Part shown: positions 48,256-60,000 of the stretch, in pieces
Numbering within the stretch: the stretch's first letter is position 1
How the letters are laid out: the number at the start of each line of letters is the position of its first letter
Origin: Schmidtea polychroa
Lineage: Eukaryota
Reading direction: 5' to 3'
Assembly: GCA_044892525.1 (NCBI GenBank)
Contig: CM097885.1
Location: 46,006,001 to 46,066,000, forward strand
DNA: 60,000 nucleotides
The notes under the pieces: generated by a model
Told to the model about the DNA's origin: nothing
The model's input: only the letters and a program-made list of their open reading frames with translations
Databases searched by the model: none
Position numbers and translations under genes: made by a program

Positions 48256-50581
48256 CTATTCTTTAAAAATATATTTAGGAACTGAATGGCTTAAATTTTG
48301 AGTATCAGTGGCCAATGTCTCATAATTAGGGATGTAAGCTGATATTCCTGTTCGCAGACAATCATCAAGATGCTCGTTGGTAATTCGAGATCTATGTTTG
48401 GATTTTATATTCATTGTTGAAAACAACGATTCGCATAAATATGTGGAACCGAAGAACAATTTTATTTTATATGCCGCAATTTTTAACAACAGAAACTTTT
48501 TTTGTCAACTCAGTTCCAAAATTGTTTATCTGTTACAAACGATTTCAGCACAATATCATTTTTAAGATCCAAAATCTCTTTTTTCAATAAGTATTCCAAT
48601 TGATATCGCTAATGCTGTTACATTTTCCTGGCTAGTAAATGGATTTAGAAGAAAGATGACCATTGGTTCTATAATAGCAAACTGTTCAAATCTCTTTTCA
48701 AACTGTTCTTTCAGTGTTTCAAGATGAATAATAAATGATGACGGGTCAAAATTTCCATCACTTACCAGTTTATGCATTTGGGAAAGGCACGAGGGATTTA
48801 ATTTTCAAATGAGATATCCATAAATGCAGCTTCGATTTAAATGAATTGATAGATCCTATCATTGTAGCAACGTGTTTTTCTTTTCCCTGCAGTTCCAAGT
48901 TTAAAGCGCTCGATTTGTTCATGATATCTGTGAGGCATCCCAAATCCATTAACCAGGAAGGATCGTGCAATTCATCAAAGTGTTGATTTTTAGATTCGAG
49001 GATTTTTTTATTTCATCTATCAAGCTTAAAAATCTTGTAAGCACTTTGCTTTTACTGAGCCATCGTACCTCTGCATGCAAGATAAAATCGGAATGTTCAT
49101 TTTCAGTACCTTCCAGTAAGGCCCTGAACAGTCGGTGTTGTAAAGACGCTGCTCGCATAGAGTTAACAATTTTCATTACGATCTTCATAATGTGAGCAAA
49201 TGAAAGTATTTTACTGCACAATACTTCCTGATGGATAATACAATGGTACGCCATAAAATTGGAAAAGCATTTATCTTTCTTGCACAGGGCGACAAATCCG
49301 TTGATACTACCCACCATTGCTGGTGCCCCGTCAGTGGTGATAGCAGATAGCTTATGGAGAGGTATATCTATTGAATCTGTAAATGTTTTGAATATGTTGA
49401 AGATATCCAGACCTGATGTTCGTCCTTGCATTGGTAATATTTTTAACAGCTCTTCTTTTATAGTGAAGTCATTAAAAACCATTCTCACCATTACTACCAA
49501 TTGTACTGTACCTGATATGTCAGCTGACTCGTCAAATTGCAAAGCAAACCAATCACATATTTCTAAGTCATTTTTTAGTTGAGTTTGCATGCCTGTTGAA
49601 ATTGCATGTATTCTTCTTATAACCGTATTGCATGACAACTGTAAATCTTGTATTGCTGACATAATTTCTGACTTGTTGGAAAGTCCCTCAAATAAGCACT
49701 CAGCGCCAGCAAGAAATGCTTCTTTTATCAGCTCACAGTCTTGGTATGGTTTTTTCTTCTTTGCGAGCATGTGGGAAATTTCAAAAGAAGCAAAGGTGGC
49801 ATTTTTAGATTTTACCAAATGTCGAGTGAAAATAGATTGCTGGCCAGATAAATTTAATTTAAGGTCTCTAATTTTGTTCTTTCTAATTTCTGATTTAACT
49901 GAATAATTAGTATCAAAAGTGCTATGGTTAGAATAGAAGTGACGTTCAACATTATGTTTTTTGCCACTGCAACTGTACTACCGCACAATAAACAAACACA
50001 TTTATCTTTAATACTGTCAAAACAATAGGATTCATCCCATGCTGTGTTAAAATTATACGTTCGTTGTCTTTTACTTGCACTCATTTTAGAATACAAATTT
50101 ATTTTTCACTTTTGACTCTATACCCTTTCAACTGAATGATCAGAGAAATAATAAATTACAAGTTGATACCTAAATTTAATCTAATTTAAAAACAATAAAC
50201 AATTAATGGTCTTGCAAGTGTACAGCAAAATAACAAATTTAAAATAAAAAAAGATTAATAATAAATAAAAAATATATATAAACACAAATTACAAATAAAC
50301 ACCATTTTTGGATGAAGGAGTTGACCATAAAATTAATTTAATGGTTTTTAAGGATAGAGAATTTTTTTAACCATATTTTTATAAACAACGAGAAAAGAAA
50401 AATTATAAAAATATGCTTATTATTATCTTAAAATTTCGAAATCTATCGATTTTAATTTTTTTTAAATTAAAAAATTCGCTCAAATTTCAATTATTTTGCT
50501 TTATTTACTTTTTTCTGATAGCACAAATAAAACAGCTGCCGGGTGCCATGGCGCCCGTGGGCACACGGTTGGCGACCATTG
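48256..50581 (-). mobile_element. hAT (SPIN/Charlie, GTF2IRD2-like) transposon with pseudogenized transposase (48256-50096)
   Basis: CVCLLC, FALQFDESAD, ITTDGAPAM, YHCIIHQE, EVRWLS, FGSTYLCESLFS; several frameshifts; terminal CAATGGTCGCCAACC at 50581. Confidence 0.9.
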
Positions 50582-51938
50582 CATTACACTGATTGCTGCA
50601 GAAGGTAGAAATCTTAGCTCGGTAGATTTATTTCACTGGGGGTAGGGCTCCAAAGGCTCTAGTCGGTAAACTGTCGCATGGCCGAAGAACTGATGAAATA
50701 TGCTTTAGATGGAAAGTTGGGTAGTGATATTGACCCGTTTACATGTTACGCGGTCGCAGGTCCTTCTACCCTTCAAAAGAATAATAATTCGGCATCTATA
50801 GCTCTACAACTTCCTCCATCTGCTCCGTCGAAGTTGATACAGATGACCTACACTGGCAATCTCACCTCAAGCCAGAGGGTACTGCCACTAATGAAAAACA
50901 CGAGAATAGTTTAATGAATCTGACTCCAATGGGATGATTATTCTTTTCTTAGTTTTTCTCTGCATAATATCAGATTTATCCACAACACTCAACACTGTTC
51001 AAGAAGGAATTTATTGAGTGAATAAGTGAATCGAGAGTAACAATTATTCAAAATTTTATTCAATACTCTCTTAAATGGTATTTTCTTTGAGCGCAATGAT
51101 TTTCAATGTACGGCCAATATTGAATGCTAAAATAAATACTGACTGCATACGTATTTATTTTAAATTAATTTAATTCAATTTTATATTAGAAAAATGATAA
51201 AGTGACTCTAGTTAGTAAAGGGTAATGTGAAATACCAGTACTTCATAGAAAACCTTTAGGAAATACTGAAGATTCTTAAAGGTTAATTAGTTTTTCATAT
51301 CAAAAATGGAAAAGTAACTGAGAAAGCGAAGAAGCTATCAGTAAATTGAAAAATGAAATTTGACAATAAAAGGTACTATTCAAAAAGAAGGATAAGCAAC
51401 ATGTTGTGAGCAATTATCTCTTAACGTAATCATGTCTTTCATCCCATATCAAATGAAAAACCTTTTCTGATCCAGCATCTCGACTACTTTCATTTCAACT
51501 GTGATCTAAACTGAAAAGCATGGCCGAGTCATCAAGCTTGTAGCATAAAATATCCTAATTTCAAGATATTGATATAAAATTCAAATAAATTTTGACGAAA
51601 TCTCAAAGATTCGTAATTAAATATTTTAACATGAATTTTAAAAAATTGAAAGTTTGGCATTTTATCTAATTCAAAATGTTTGCTACTCATTATGATTGAG
51701 ACATGTGAAAATTTTCATCTTTTAAATTTCATAACAAAGCTTTTAATTATAAATATTTGTGATTTTATCAAATAAAACTTGTTTGAATATATTATCAATA
51801 ACTTGTAAAATGATATTTTGTTCTAATTTAAATTAAATTCATCATTTGCTAAATTTAAATTATGTTATGTTATTCAATAAATCATAAACAATCTATTAAA
51901 TTTTTAATATCAAATTAATTATTTTCCATCAAAAACAG

Positions 51939-52357
51939 GAGCAGAATCTAGAATGCCACGAACAATGTTGCTATTGCGGTCAAAATACAATTAAAGAATG
52001 TAGTGGATGCGGATGGGCATTTTATTGCAGGTTTGTTAATGTTAAGATGAAAAATATTCCTTTTTAATGGACGTACATAGTCGAGAATGTCAAGAAAAAC
52101 ACTGGTGCATTCATAGATTTTTTTGTCAACAAGCATATGAAAGAGAATTTCCCAAATTAGAAGGAATGAATATCGTTCCATGTAAGGATTCTCAAATTCA
52201 AAAAAGACAAATGGTCGTTGAAGAGTGCATAGCAAAGAGCTCTGGGCCACCCTGTTGTGCTATCTGTGCTGACATTCCCAGTCAAGTGCGATTAGCGAGA
52301 TTCGCTGGAATGTTGATTTGCACTGATTGCGTCGAAATTCAAGGATCAATGAATTAG
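51939..52357 (+). CDS. Last two exons (51939-52030, 52081-52357) of a MYND zinc-finger gene; start not located
   Basis: Splicing a 50-nt GT-AG intron gives CCYCGQNTIKECSGCGWAFYCSRECQEKHWCIHRFFC, followed by CAIC...CTDC. Confidence 0.8.
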
Positions 52358-52777
52358 ATTTCGATAATTGTGTTTTAATTTGAAAAAATAGATTTAATTA
52401 AATTTTTTTTCAAGAGAAACTGAAATGGTTCGGTTACAAATGTTTTTTAAGGTAAACGGGGATTAAATTTTCTAATTTGTAACAATGCACCATTTATTGC
52501 CTAGCAAGCTGATAAAATTTTCCAAAAAGTATTTTATATTTTACTTATAAATTCAAGACAATTTGTAAAGGAGAGATTGCAATAACCTAATCGTATACAA
52601 TTATTTTCCTACAGTACCCAAAACTATTTTTTACCAATTAGAAGCAAAAAATTAAAACAAAATGTGTTTAAACAAGATGACAATGTTTTTAGTGAAATTA
52701 CTTCCTTACTTAATCTCGAAACAATAATGGGAGCTCATCAAGTGATATTAAAATAACTAAATGCATAAATTCAGTTA

Positions 52778-52873
52778 GGGGTCATTGCGTAATAACCTCA
52801 CGCCAAAATTGACCATTTTTGATGACACGTTTTCAAGGAACCCTCATGCGTGACGTAATTAGGCAATGACTCC
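52778..52873. mobile_element. PIF/Harbinger-type MITE
   Basis: TTA|ggggtcattgcgtaataac ... gtaattaggcaatgactcc|TTA. Confidence 0.7.
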
Positions 52874-53969
52874 TTAAGTTTTTTAAATGATTTTCAATTT
52901 TTTTATTATTATAGAGTCGGGTTGTAAAATTTTACAGGTGTTGTAAACGTTTGACAATAATGCTCTAATCGTAGGTAGCTCGGGCACATGGGTTAATAAT
53001 AATGACACATTTTTTTAAAAGTAGGACTAAAAGACTGATGGTATTCAATTTTCTTTGGAACTGGTACGCTTTCCAAATTTTTATTGATTTGTAAAATGAA
53101 AATCTGCACGCACTTATAAAAACCATCCTATCACTGATATAAGAAAATGAACTGAAAACATTAGTAAAAATATGCAGTAATATCAAGTGGACCACATTTT
53201 AAATCATAAGAAAACAATTAATTAACGGCGTAATATTTGGGTTAAATAATTTGATTTGGATGTGTATTTTTATTTATTAGTTATTTTCTGTACTTCCCTT
53301 TCATAATTTATGTAGAATTATCAACTTTGTGTTTGCATTATGTTTACGTCTATATGAGCGATATCTTTTTATTATTTTATTGTTGTCTTGACTTGTGCTT
53401 TACCACAAAAAAAATCTGTATATAATTAACATCCCGAATACCAATGCTAAACAAGAAACATCATGTTCTTGATGACCTCGATGTGACGACAGTCAATGAC
53501 TCGATTGTGTCTAGACTAGGAGAAGAAGAAAAAATAGAGAAAAACTCGTCCAAAAGAACCCACCTGTTTCTTCGGAGCAAGGTTTTATTTAAAAAAAAAT
53601 TTCCTCCGAGTATTGAAATTTTTATACTTGTTAAAATTAGATCGTGTCATTTAAAATTCCATGCAAAATGTATTATTTAAACATTAAAAGTTGTTTGGAA
53701 AATAAAGTTTTCAAATAAATACTAAGTAAAGACGTCCATTGAGAAAAACGATAGTAAATAGAATCATATAAATATAAGAGTTTCTTTTGAACGTCATGTG
53801 GGAAAAGAGAAATTTAATCGGTAGAAGTCTCACTTACACATATCACGCAATACCAATGTTGAATACAGGTCTCATAGGTAAGATGGTGGCAACAAATCAT
53901 TCATTTGGCATCAATCTTTGGTCTGTCATGATTTTTAGGAGAGCTGATGGCGATACAGTTGTTCCTTAA

Positions 53970-54470
53970 ATTCTGCGTTGGAATCATTTTGAAGAAGGAT
54001 GTTTATTCCTTGTTCGAAATAAGAAAGCGTATTCTACAAGTTATTTGATGTTAGCTCATTGGATACAGCAGGTTCTTGCTAGTCATCAATTGATTTTTCT
54101 GCTTCTAATTGAATCAGTTCCTCTCGTGAATGGGTTTCTCTATCAGTATCTAGTAAATCAAGCACATCAACTTCATCCAAATCCTCAAAACCAAGATCAT
54201 TTTCTAGGTACAATATGGTTTGTCGAATTTCAGGAAAATGATCGACTTCAAGGTCATTATTTTTTATGCATTCTGACCATGTGTTTTTACAAATATTATT
54301 CATTGTGGTTGATTTCAATTTCTTCCACGATTCACTAATGTTGTAAACAGTATCTTTGATGTTTTAGTTTTTCCAAAATTGTTTAATCAAAGATTCACCA
54401 TCGGTTTCGTTCACAAGTTTTCGAAATGTTCTGTGTAGATAATACGCCTTGAATATGGCTTTCGTTGTTT
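53970..54470 (-). pseudogene. pogo/Tigger transposase C-terminal remnant
   Basis: IFKAYYLHRTFRKL...QFWK, NICKNTW and LGFEDLDEVDVLDLL...SREELIQL match the Tigger C-terminal pattern. Confidence 0.75.
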
Positions 54471-55599
54471 AGACATCTTGAAAACGGGTTTTAATGAAAT
54501 TATAAAATGCAAAAACACAAACAGGAAACAAACAAGAATAAACACGACTACTTTTAAGAGTACATGTGACTACACTGCAGATTAAAGCAGTAAAACACAT
54601 ATGAGACCATTGGACTAAAACCGAGAATTGAGAGTTGTTTTAATGAATCAGAAATACATGACATAAAATCACACCGAGTTGAATTAAAATCCATGTTCAT
54701 ACACCAAATAAGACAAACTATAATACATAGAGGATAAATAAAACACCTATAATAAAATAAGGAAACGCGAGAAGTTGCAATCACCAACACAATTAGGAGA
54801 AATATCACATTCGAAAAATCTAACAACTAGAAAATAAAATAATAATAAATAAAATAATCGGTAATAAATTAATTAATAATATGAAATGTTTAAATAAATA
54901 AATTTAAAATTGAAACTAAAATATTCAGTAAACTGATAAAAGGATAAAAAAGTAAAATAAAAGTAGTAAACTTATGTAAATTATAAAATTGATAAAACTT
55001 AATTGTCTAATGAAAACTAAAATAAAACCAAAAAAAATTATGAAATTTATAAAACCAAATTGTTTTAATCAATAAAACTAAAATAACACTAACTAAACTT
55101 ATTTAAATTATAAAATTTATAAAACTAAATTGTTAAATTAATAATAACTAAAATAAAACTTAAATTATTTAAATTATAAAATTTATGAAATTAAATTGTA
55201 AAAATTAATAAAAATTACAAAATTTTGAATAATTAAACTAATTAAATTAAAAATAAATAATTGCACACATTCATGCATGAATGCAAGAGTAATTCAAATT
55301 TATCGCATGCTAATCGGATATGGTAACAGAGAATGTGTAGGCGTGCAATCAAATCAGTATAAATACTGATTGAAAATTCAGTTAAAAAACTAGACTAGTT
55401 TAATCTGAAATCAACATTATTTACCAGGCATTGCTAGGCACTCTTAGTTTTCGGTTTATGCAATCGCGGTAAGTTGGATTTTATTTTGGTAATTTTATGA
55501 AGTATAATGTAATTTCATGATTTAATAAAATTTTAAGTTGAATTTAGTTTTAGTTAATTTTGGTGTTTTGATTATTTTGTTTCAAAAACTTTGAATAAA

Positions 55600-56120
55600 T
55601 AATTATGGTTGAATTTGGTTTTGTCATAATTTTTATACTTTGATGCCCACAGGTTTGGGATACGTCCGTAAACCATCGGCCGAAAGACTGATGGACAGCG
55701 AATGGTTGACCAGTCTGGCACATCTTTTGGAGGATATAGTTAGGGATAGGGTCGATGGGAGAACATAGATTCATTTTGGACAGTTTGAAGCTTTGTTTAA
55801 ATATAGATAGTATAGGACGGGTTCGTTTTAGTAGGACATATGTTGGAATTGGAAATACAGGCAGATCCCTGCCTAAATCTTTGAAGAAAACAATAGAAAA
55901 CAGCCAGAAATGTGGACCATAGTTAAATGAAGGCATTTCAATGATCCAACAATAGAAATAGATAATGAATAATGACATAGGACCTTCTACCGGCAGTCCA
56001 GAACCGAAATATTTTATTAGTAAAACACACACCAATATAGTAAAAAAAAGTCATAACATCCGGAAGGCAATAAAAATACTGGAAGAAATATTGGCCATAA
56101 TACGATCAGTCAGGGTGAAA
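55600..56120 (-). pseudogene. Possible CR1/L2 non-LTR retrotransposon fragment
   Basis: SPIDPIPNYILQK resembles the 'pDpIp..lLK' pre-RT motif; otherwise decayed. Confidence 0.3.
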
Positions 56121-56824
56121 AACTTAAGAAGAACAATCAGAAAATAATGTAAATAAAAATAAATTAACCTAAACAAAAAATAAACAACAATTGAAACAAA
56201 ATTATTATTTTAAAATTATCTGAATTGGATATTATCATCAACCAATAGGAAACTGTATTCCTGTCCTCATCAGATCGGTCAGTGGAAAAGAAAAATTGTT
56301 ATATAAGGCATCACTTGAGCAGATGCAAAAAACAAATTTTACTACAAAAACTTACTCACCAACAAGTAGGGTAATCGAGCTGTAGTTTTCTGATAGGGAG
56401 ATAACCTACTCATTAATCTTTGACTCCATTATATAGTTCCGAAAAGCGAATCAAGCGCTGTCTTTATGGGTGTTTTGACAGGAAACAATAGTCGTATTGG
56501 TGAATGTGGACGATTAGTATACTACCAAAGAGAACGTATCTAGATCAAACTTCATATGTCAACATTATTCTCTAAATGTTTTATCTTACTTCAAATTACT
56601 TAGTGTTGATGTAATTTTAATTCAAATTTAGTGCCTGTGAATGCTAATTTGTTATCGTCTTATTAAAACCTATCATGAATGTCCTATGTTTTGACCTAAT
56701 ATATATATTTTGTTGTATAATCGTTTGAAGGATTAGTGGTTTTCCGTGTTTTTATTTCGACTAAACAACATCAAAGGTATTTGATTTTATTCAAAATTCT
56801 CGACAAATTATGTCAACATTTAAA

Positions 56825-57345
56825 AATACTTAAAATTTATCATATTTAATTTTCACATGATTTTGAAAAGTATTTTTAATAAAATAATTTAAATCTGTGG
56901 ATGTATTAAATATTTTAAACTCTTCAAATTAAAATAACTTTACCTCTATAACAATTATATTGTGATTTTGATCGTAAAGATGATTGATGCAATAAAATTA
57001 TTTGATTTAATAATTATTATAAATATCTGAATAACCTAATTAAATTATAATCTAATTAAATTATAACCTAATTAAATAACCCATTTCAAATGTATGTAGT
57101 TTTGTTCGAAAATTCCTAACAATTTTTGTCGAAATTTAATAATACTAAAACTTTTATATTTAATTTTCACATGATTTTGAAAAATATTTTTTATAAAATA
57201 ATTTAAATCTATGTATGTGTTTTAAATATTTTAAATTCTACAAATTAAAATAACTTTACCTCTATAAAAATTATATTGTGATTTTGATCGTAATAAAATT
57301 ATTTGTTTTAATAATTAGTATAAATAATGGAATAACCTAATTAAA
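56825..57345. repeat. Imperfect tandem duplication (~315-bp period) upstream of a host gene
   Basis: tatttaattttcacatgattttgaaaa and caaattaaaataactttacctctata each occur twice. Confidence 0.8.
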
Positions 57346-57379
57346 TATATTTTAATATTTCAAAAATTCTTAATCCTTT

Positions 57380-58047
57380 ATGGCAACACCTGCAAAACGA
57401 GCTAAAATATTTAGTTCGTCATCTGAGGACGAAAACTCAAATAATTTGGCTAAAAGAGTATTAAGAAGTAGTACAGCTCGAAAATCTAAAGAATTATGCA
57501 AGCAATTGCTTACCACTGTAAACAAAAGCAACAGTGACTCCGAAGATTATGAAGTAAAACATTGGCTTTATATTAACCTAAATTTATACATAGGTTTCTG
57601 AGTATGATTCAGATGTAGACCCAGAATTTAAATATTCTGATGAATCTGAAAACGATGACGCCGAAGAAGTACCTGGAACCGCGAGCGGAAATTCCAGTTG
57701 TAGCGAGGAATCAGTTATTTCTAATAATACCGAATTTGATGAAACCTTCGATATGCTTGAAAGAATGTATAATAATGAAACACTAATATCGAGTAAATTA
57801 CTTGACTATTACATGAAACTTATATAAAATACAATTTAGAAGAATGTACGTTTAAAACGGCAGAACTTTGTAATGTAAGCATTAATTTTTTATTTTTAAA
57901 TAAAAATTAAATAAAAGAAGGAAAGACACATATCTAAAAAAAAACTCTCAGATGAATGTAAAAGTATATATGGAGCTGCCGAACACAATTTCTGGGATGG
58001 AAAGTATGACGAAGCTCAAGAACAATGTGCTAGAATTATTAAAGAAT
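57380..58047 (+). CDS. GTF3C3: 5' exons of probable TFIIIC subunit 3 (Tfc4-like TPR protein); exons 57380-57553, 57594-57792, 57840-57874, 57918-58047; later exons not identified in this window
   Basis: Short GT-AG introns give an open frame: acidic N-terminus, basic patch, then KKLSDECKSIYGAAEHNFWDGKYDEAQEQCARIIKE, resembling the first TPR of GTF3C3. Confidence 0.65.
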
Positions 58048-58843
58048 GTAAGCAATTTAATGAACTAAATAAAATCGATTTAATGAAAAATCTTCCAATT
58101 AAAAATTATTTTAATTTGAAAATTTTTTTGATTATTTTATTATAAATTTCTTTATATAAATACTTTATTATAAATACTTTGATTTAATAAATTTTAAAGT
58201 CATTTTCAATACGATTTCTAATGGCAAATGAGTTATGAGCTTATTTGGCTCTCATCGGAACCACATAAGATTGAATCAAATAACTTTGTGAATCTAATCA
58301 TTCCAAAATGCCATCAGAATTCATTTTCAATCTTTAATTATGTTTAAACCTATTTTGGATTGATATGAGTTGTTCATACGCCTATTTCATAAGTTATTAA
58401 TTCTATTATTGAAAATTTATGTTCATCATTAGGCCCTTTATTTCTCGTGACTATTTTTTACTACAGTTTGTGGCATATAATGTCTATAACTGATTTGTAA
58501 TGTTACATTTGTTCATATGTTTCAGAGTATTGTCGCGGTTTCTTCTAATGTATTTATTTTCTGCTGATATCAAAAAGAATTTATAGATTTTTTTCAATAT
58601 CTAATTATTTATGGGAAATGTGTTCTGATTTTTGACTCCATTATTAATTTGCTCTATTCACTGACCTTCATTTTTGGGATAACTTTAAGAGTTACGTTAA
58701 ATTTCCTATTTTTATAGCGAGTAATACGTGGAAATTCATCGAAAAAATAGAAGAAATAGAATCGTTAGTTTCTTATGTTTAAGTACTTCGTAATTCTACA
58801 TGACCGGTATTATAACAATTATTGAAAAGAGTATCACAATATG

Positions 58844-59265
58844 CAGGGCCGTAACAAGGATGGTGCGATCTGAATGAGGCGCAAAATTGTAATGTAACAT
58901 TTTTTTAATGCTATCAAAAAATAACAAAATATAAATAAAAGAAATTATCAAATGACCTGCCGGAAAAAACGACACACTAACTAGCCTATCTTTAACATTG
59001 CTGAATGGACTGGTCCATTAGCGTGCCTTCGTAGGTGTGTATTTTGTAAAATGTTAGTCCACACAATGGACTCCTGTCATTCTTTCAATTAGCAACAGAA
59101 TTTTAAGAGCATTACTGCCTATTATAATAGCTGGAGATGAATACATAGCTAACAATCTCAACATGAATATTATAATTATTATAGTAGGCTGATTTGAATT
59201 CGCGTGTTTGGGGGCGCCAGATATATGAACCGCATAGGGCGCAATAATGACTTGATACGGCCCTG
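58844..59265. mobile_element. Non-autonomous hAT element
   Basis: TIRs CAGGGCCGTAACAAG / CTTGATACGGCCCTG with perfect 8-bp TSD ACAATATG. Confidence 0.92.
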
Positions 59266-59367
59266 ACAATATGCGTGCTGTAAGTCTCCGATGTATACGT
59301 AATTACTTTACAACAGTGGTTCTCAACCTCAGAGTGGCGACCCTTAATGGGGTTGCCATATTTATCA

Positions 59368-59399
<32 letters not shown>

Positions 59400-59632
59400 G
59401 AAAAATTGTTTCAAATTCTTCTGATAGATACTATATAACAGGGGTCGAAAAATGGCTCGCGAGTGAAAAAGGGTATTTGAGAGTTTTACTACGACTCTTG
59501 AAAACGAAATTTTCTACAATATTTCATTAGAACATAATAATTTTTTAATGTACAGTTTTTAAAAGCTATAAAAGATTAGCAATTACCAGTATATGAAGAA
59601 GTAGCATAAATATTGTCTACCAAATATATTAC

Positions 59633-60000
59633 CAGGGCCGTAACAAGGCATTATTGCGCCCTGCGCGGATCATATATCTGGCGCCCCCAGCACGCGAATT
59701 TTATAAATAATATTATATAATATATTATTTATAATATATCCAGATTATTCAAATCTATTTAATATAAACGAGCTTTTGATGATGCGAAATTGTCAATAAT
59801 GTTATCATAGTTCAAAGAATTTGCCAAATCATTTTCAATTGACACAATTGATAAACTTGTCAAACGTTCCTGTCCTATGGCCTATCGCAAATAATTTTTC
59901 ACCAGTTTCAGTTTGCTAAAACTCCTCTCACATGAAGCAACTGTAACAGGAGTGCAATTTCAATGTTTGGGTAAATATCCATCAAGGAATATGTATCAAT
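59633..60000 (-). mobile_element. 3' end of a hAT transposon with decayed transposase C-terminus
   Basis: TIR CAGGGCCGTAACAAGG at 59633; PVTVASCERSFSKLKLVKNYLR...QERLTSLSIVSIE. Confidence 0.88.

Noticed and set aside
54900..55260. CRISPR-like or regular array
   Set aside because: Degenerate AT-rich minisatellite without constant repeats and unique spacers; eukaryotic context.
56245..56290. Hammerhead ribozyme core (CTGATGAG on the minus strand)
   Set aside because: No GAAA after a stem II and no closing helices.

Overview
AT-rich eukaryotic (animal) genomic DNA with 40-50 nt introns and long (ATT)n tracts; a planarian-like genome is my inference only. The centre is a complete, integrated but decayed Polinton/Maverick (adintovirus-like) element at 14569-44642, with ~260-bp TIRs, AGTAGT...ACTACT ends and a TATTAT target-site duplication (TSD). 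It encodes protein-primed PolB, major and minor capsid proteins, an adenain-like protease, a packaging ATPase, a fibre-like protein and a ZnF-PLA2-integrase. Two Ty3/gypsy elements are nested inside it. The larger (23536-37067; 1053-bp LTRs with one mismatch seen; CACA TSD) is very young and has an unusual architecture. ORF1 is Gag with a ubiquitin-like domain and an AT-hook. ORF2 is one 2155-aa polyprotein: signal peptide, chuvirus-like glycoprotein, TM, PR-RT-RNaseH-IN, then a second signal peptide and an FnIII-like type I membrane protein. ORF3 carries an apparently inactive REX4/ISG20-like exonuclease and runs through the PPT into the 3' LTR. The flanks hold hAT, pogo and MITE remnants, a TIR element family carrying a spliced mini-gene, exons of a MYND-finger gene and the 5' exons of a probable GTF3C3 gene. 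All family assignments come from motif recognition by eye; no searches were run.
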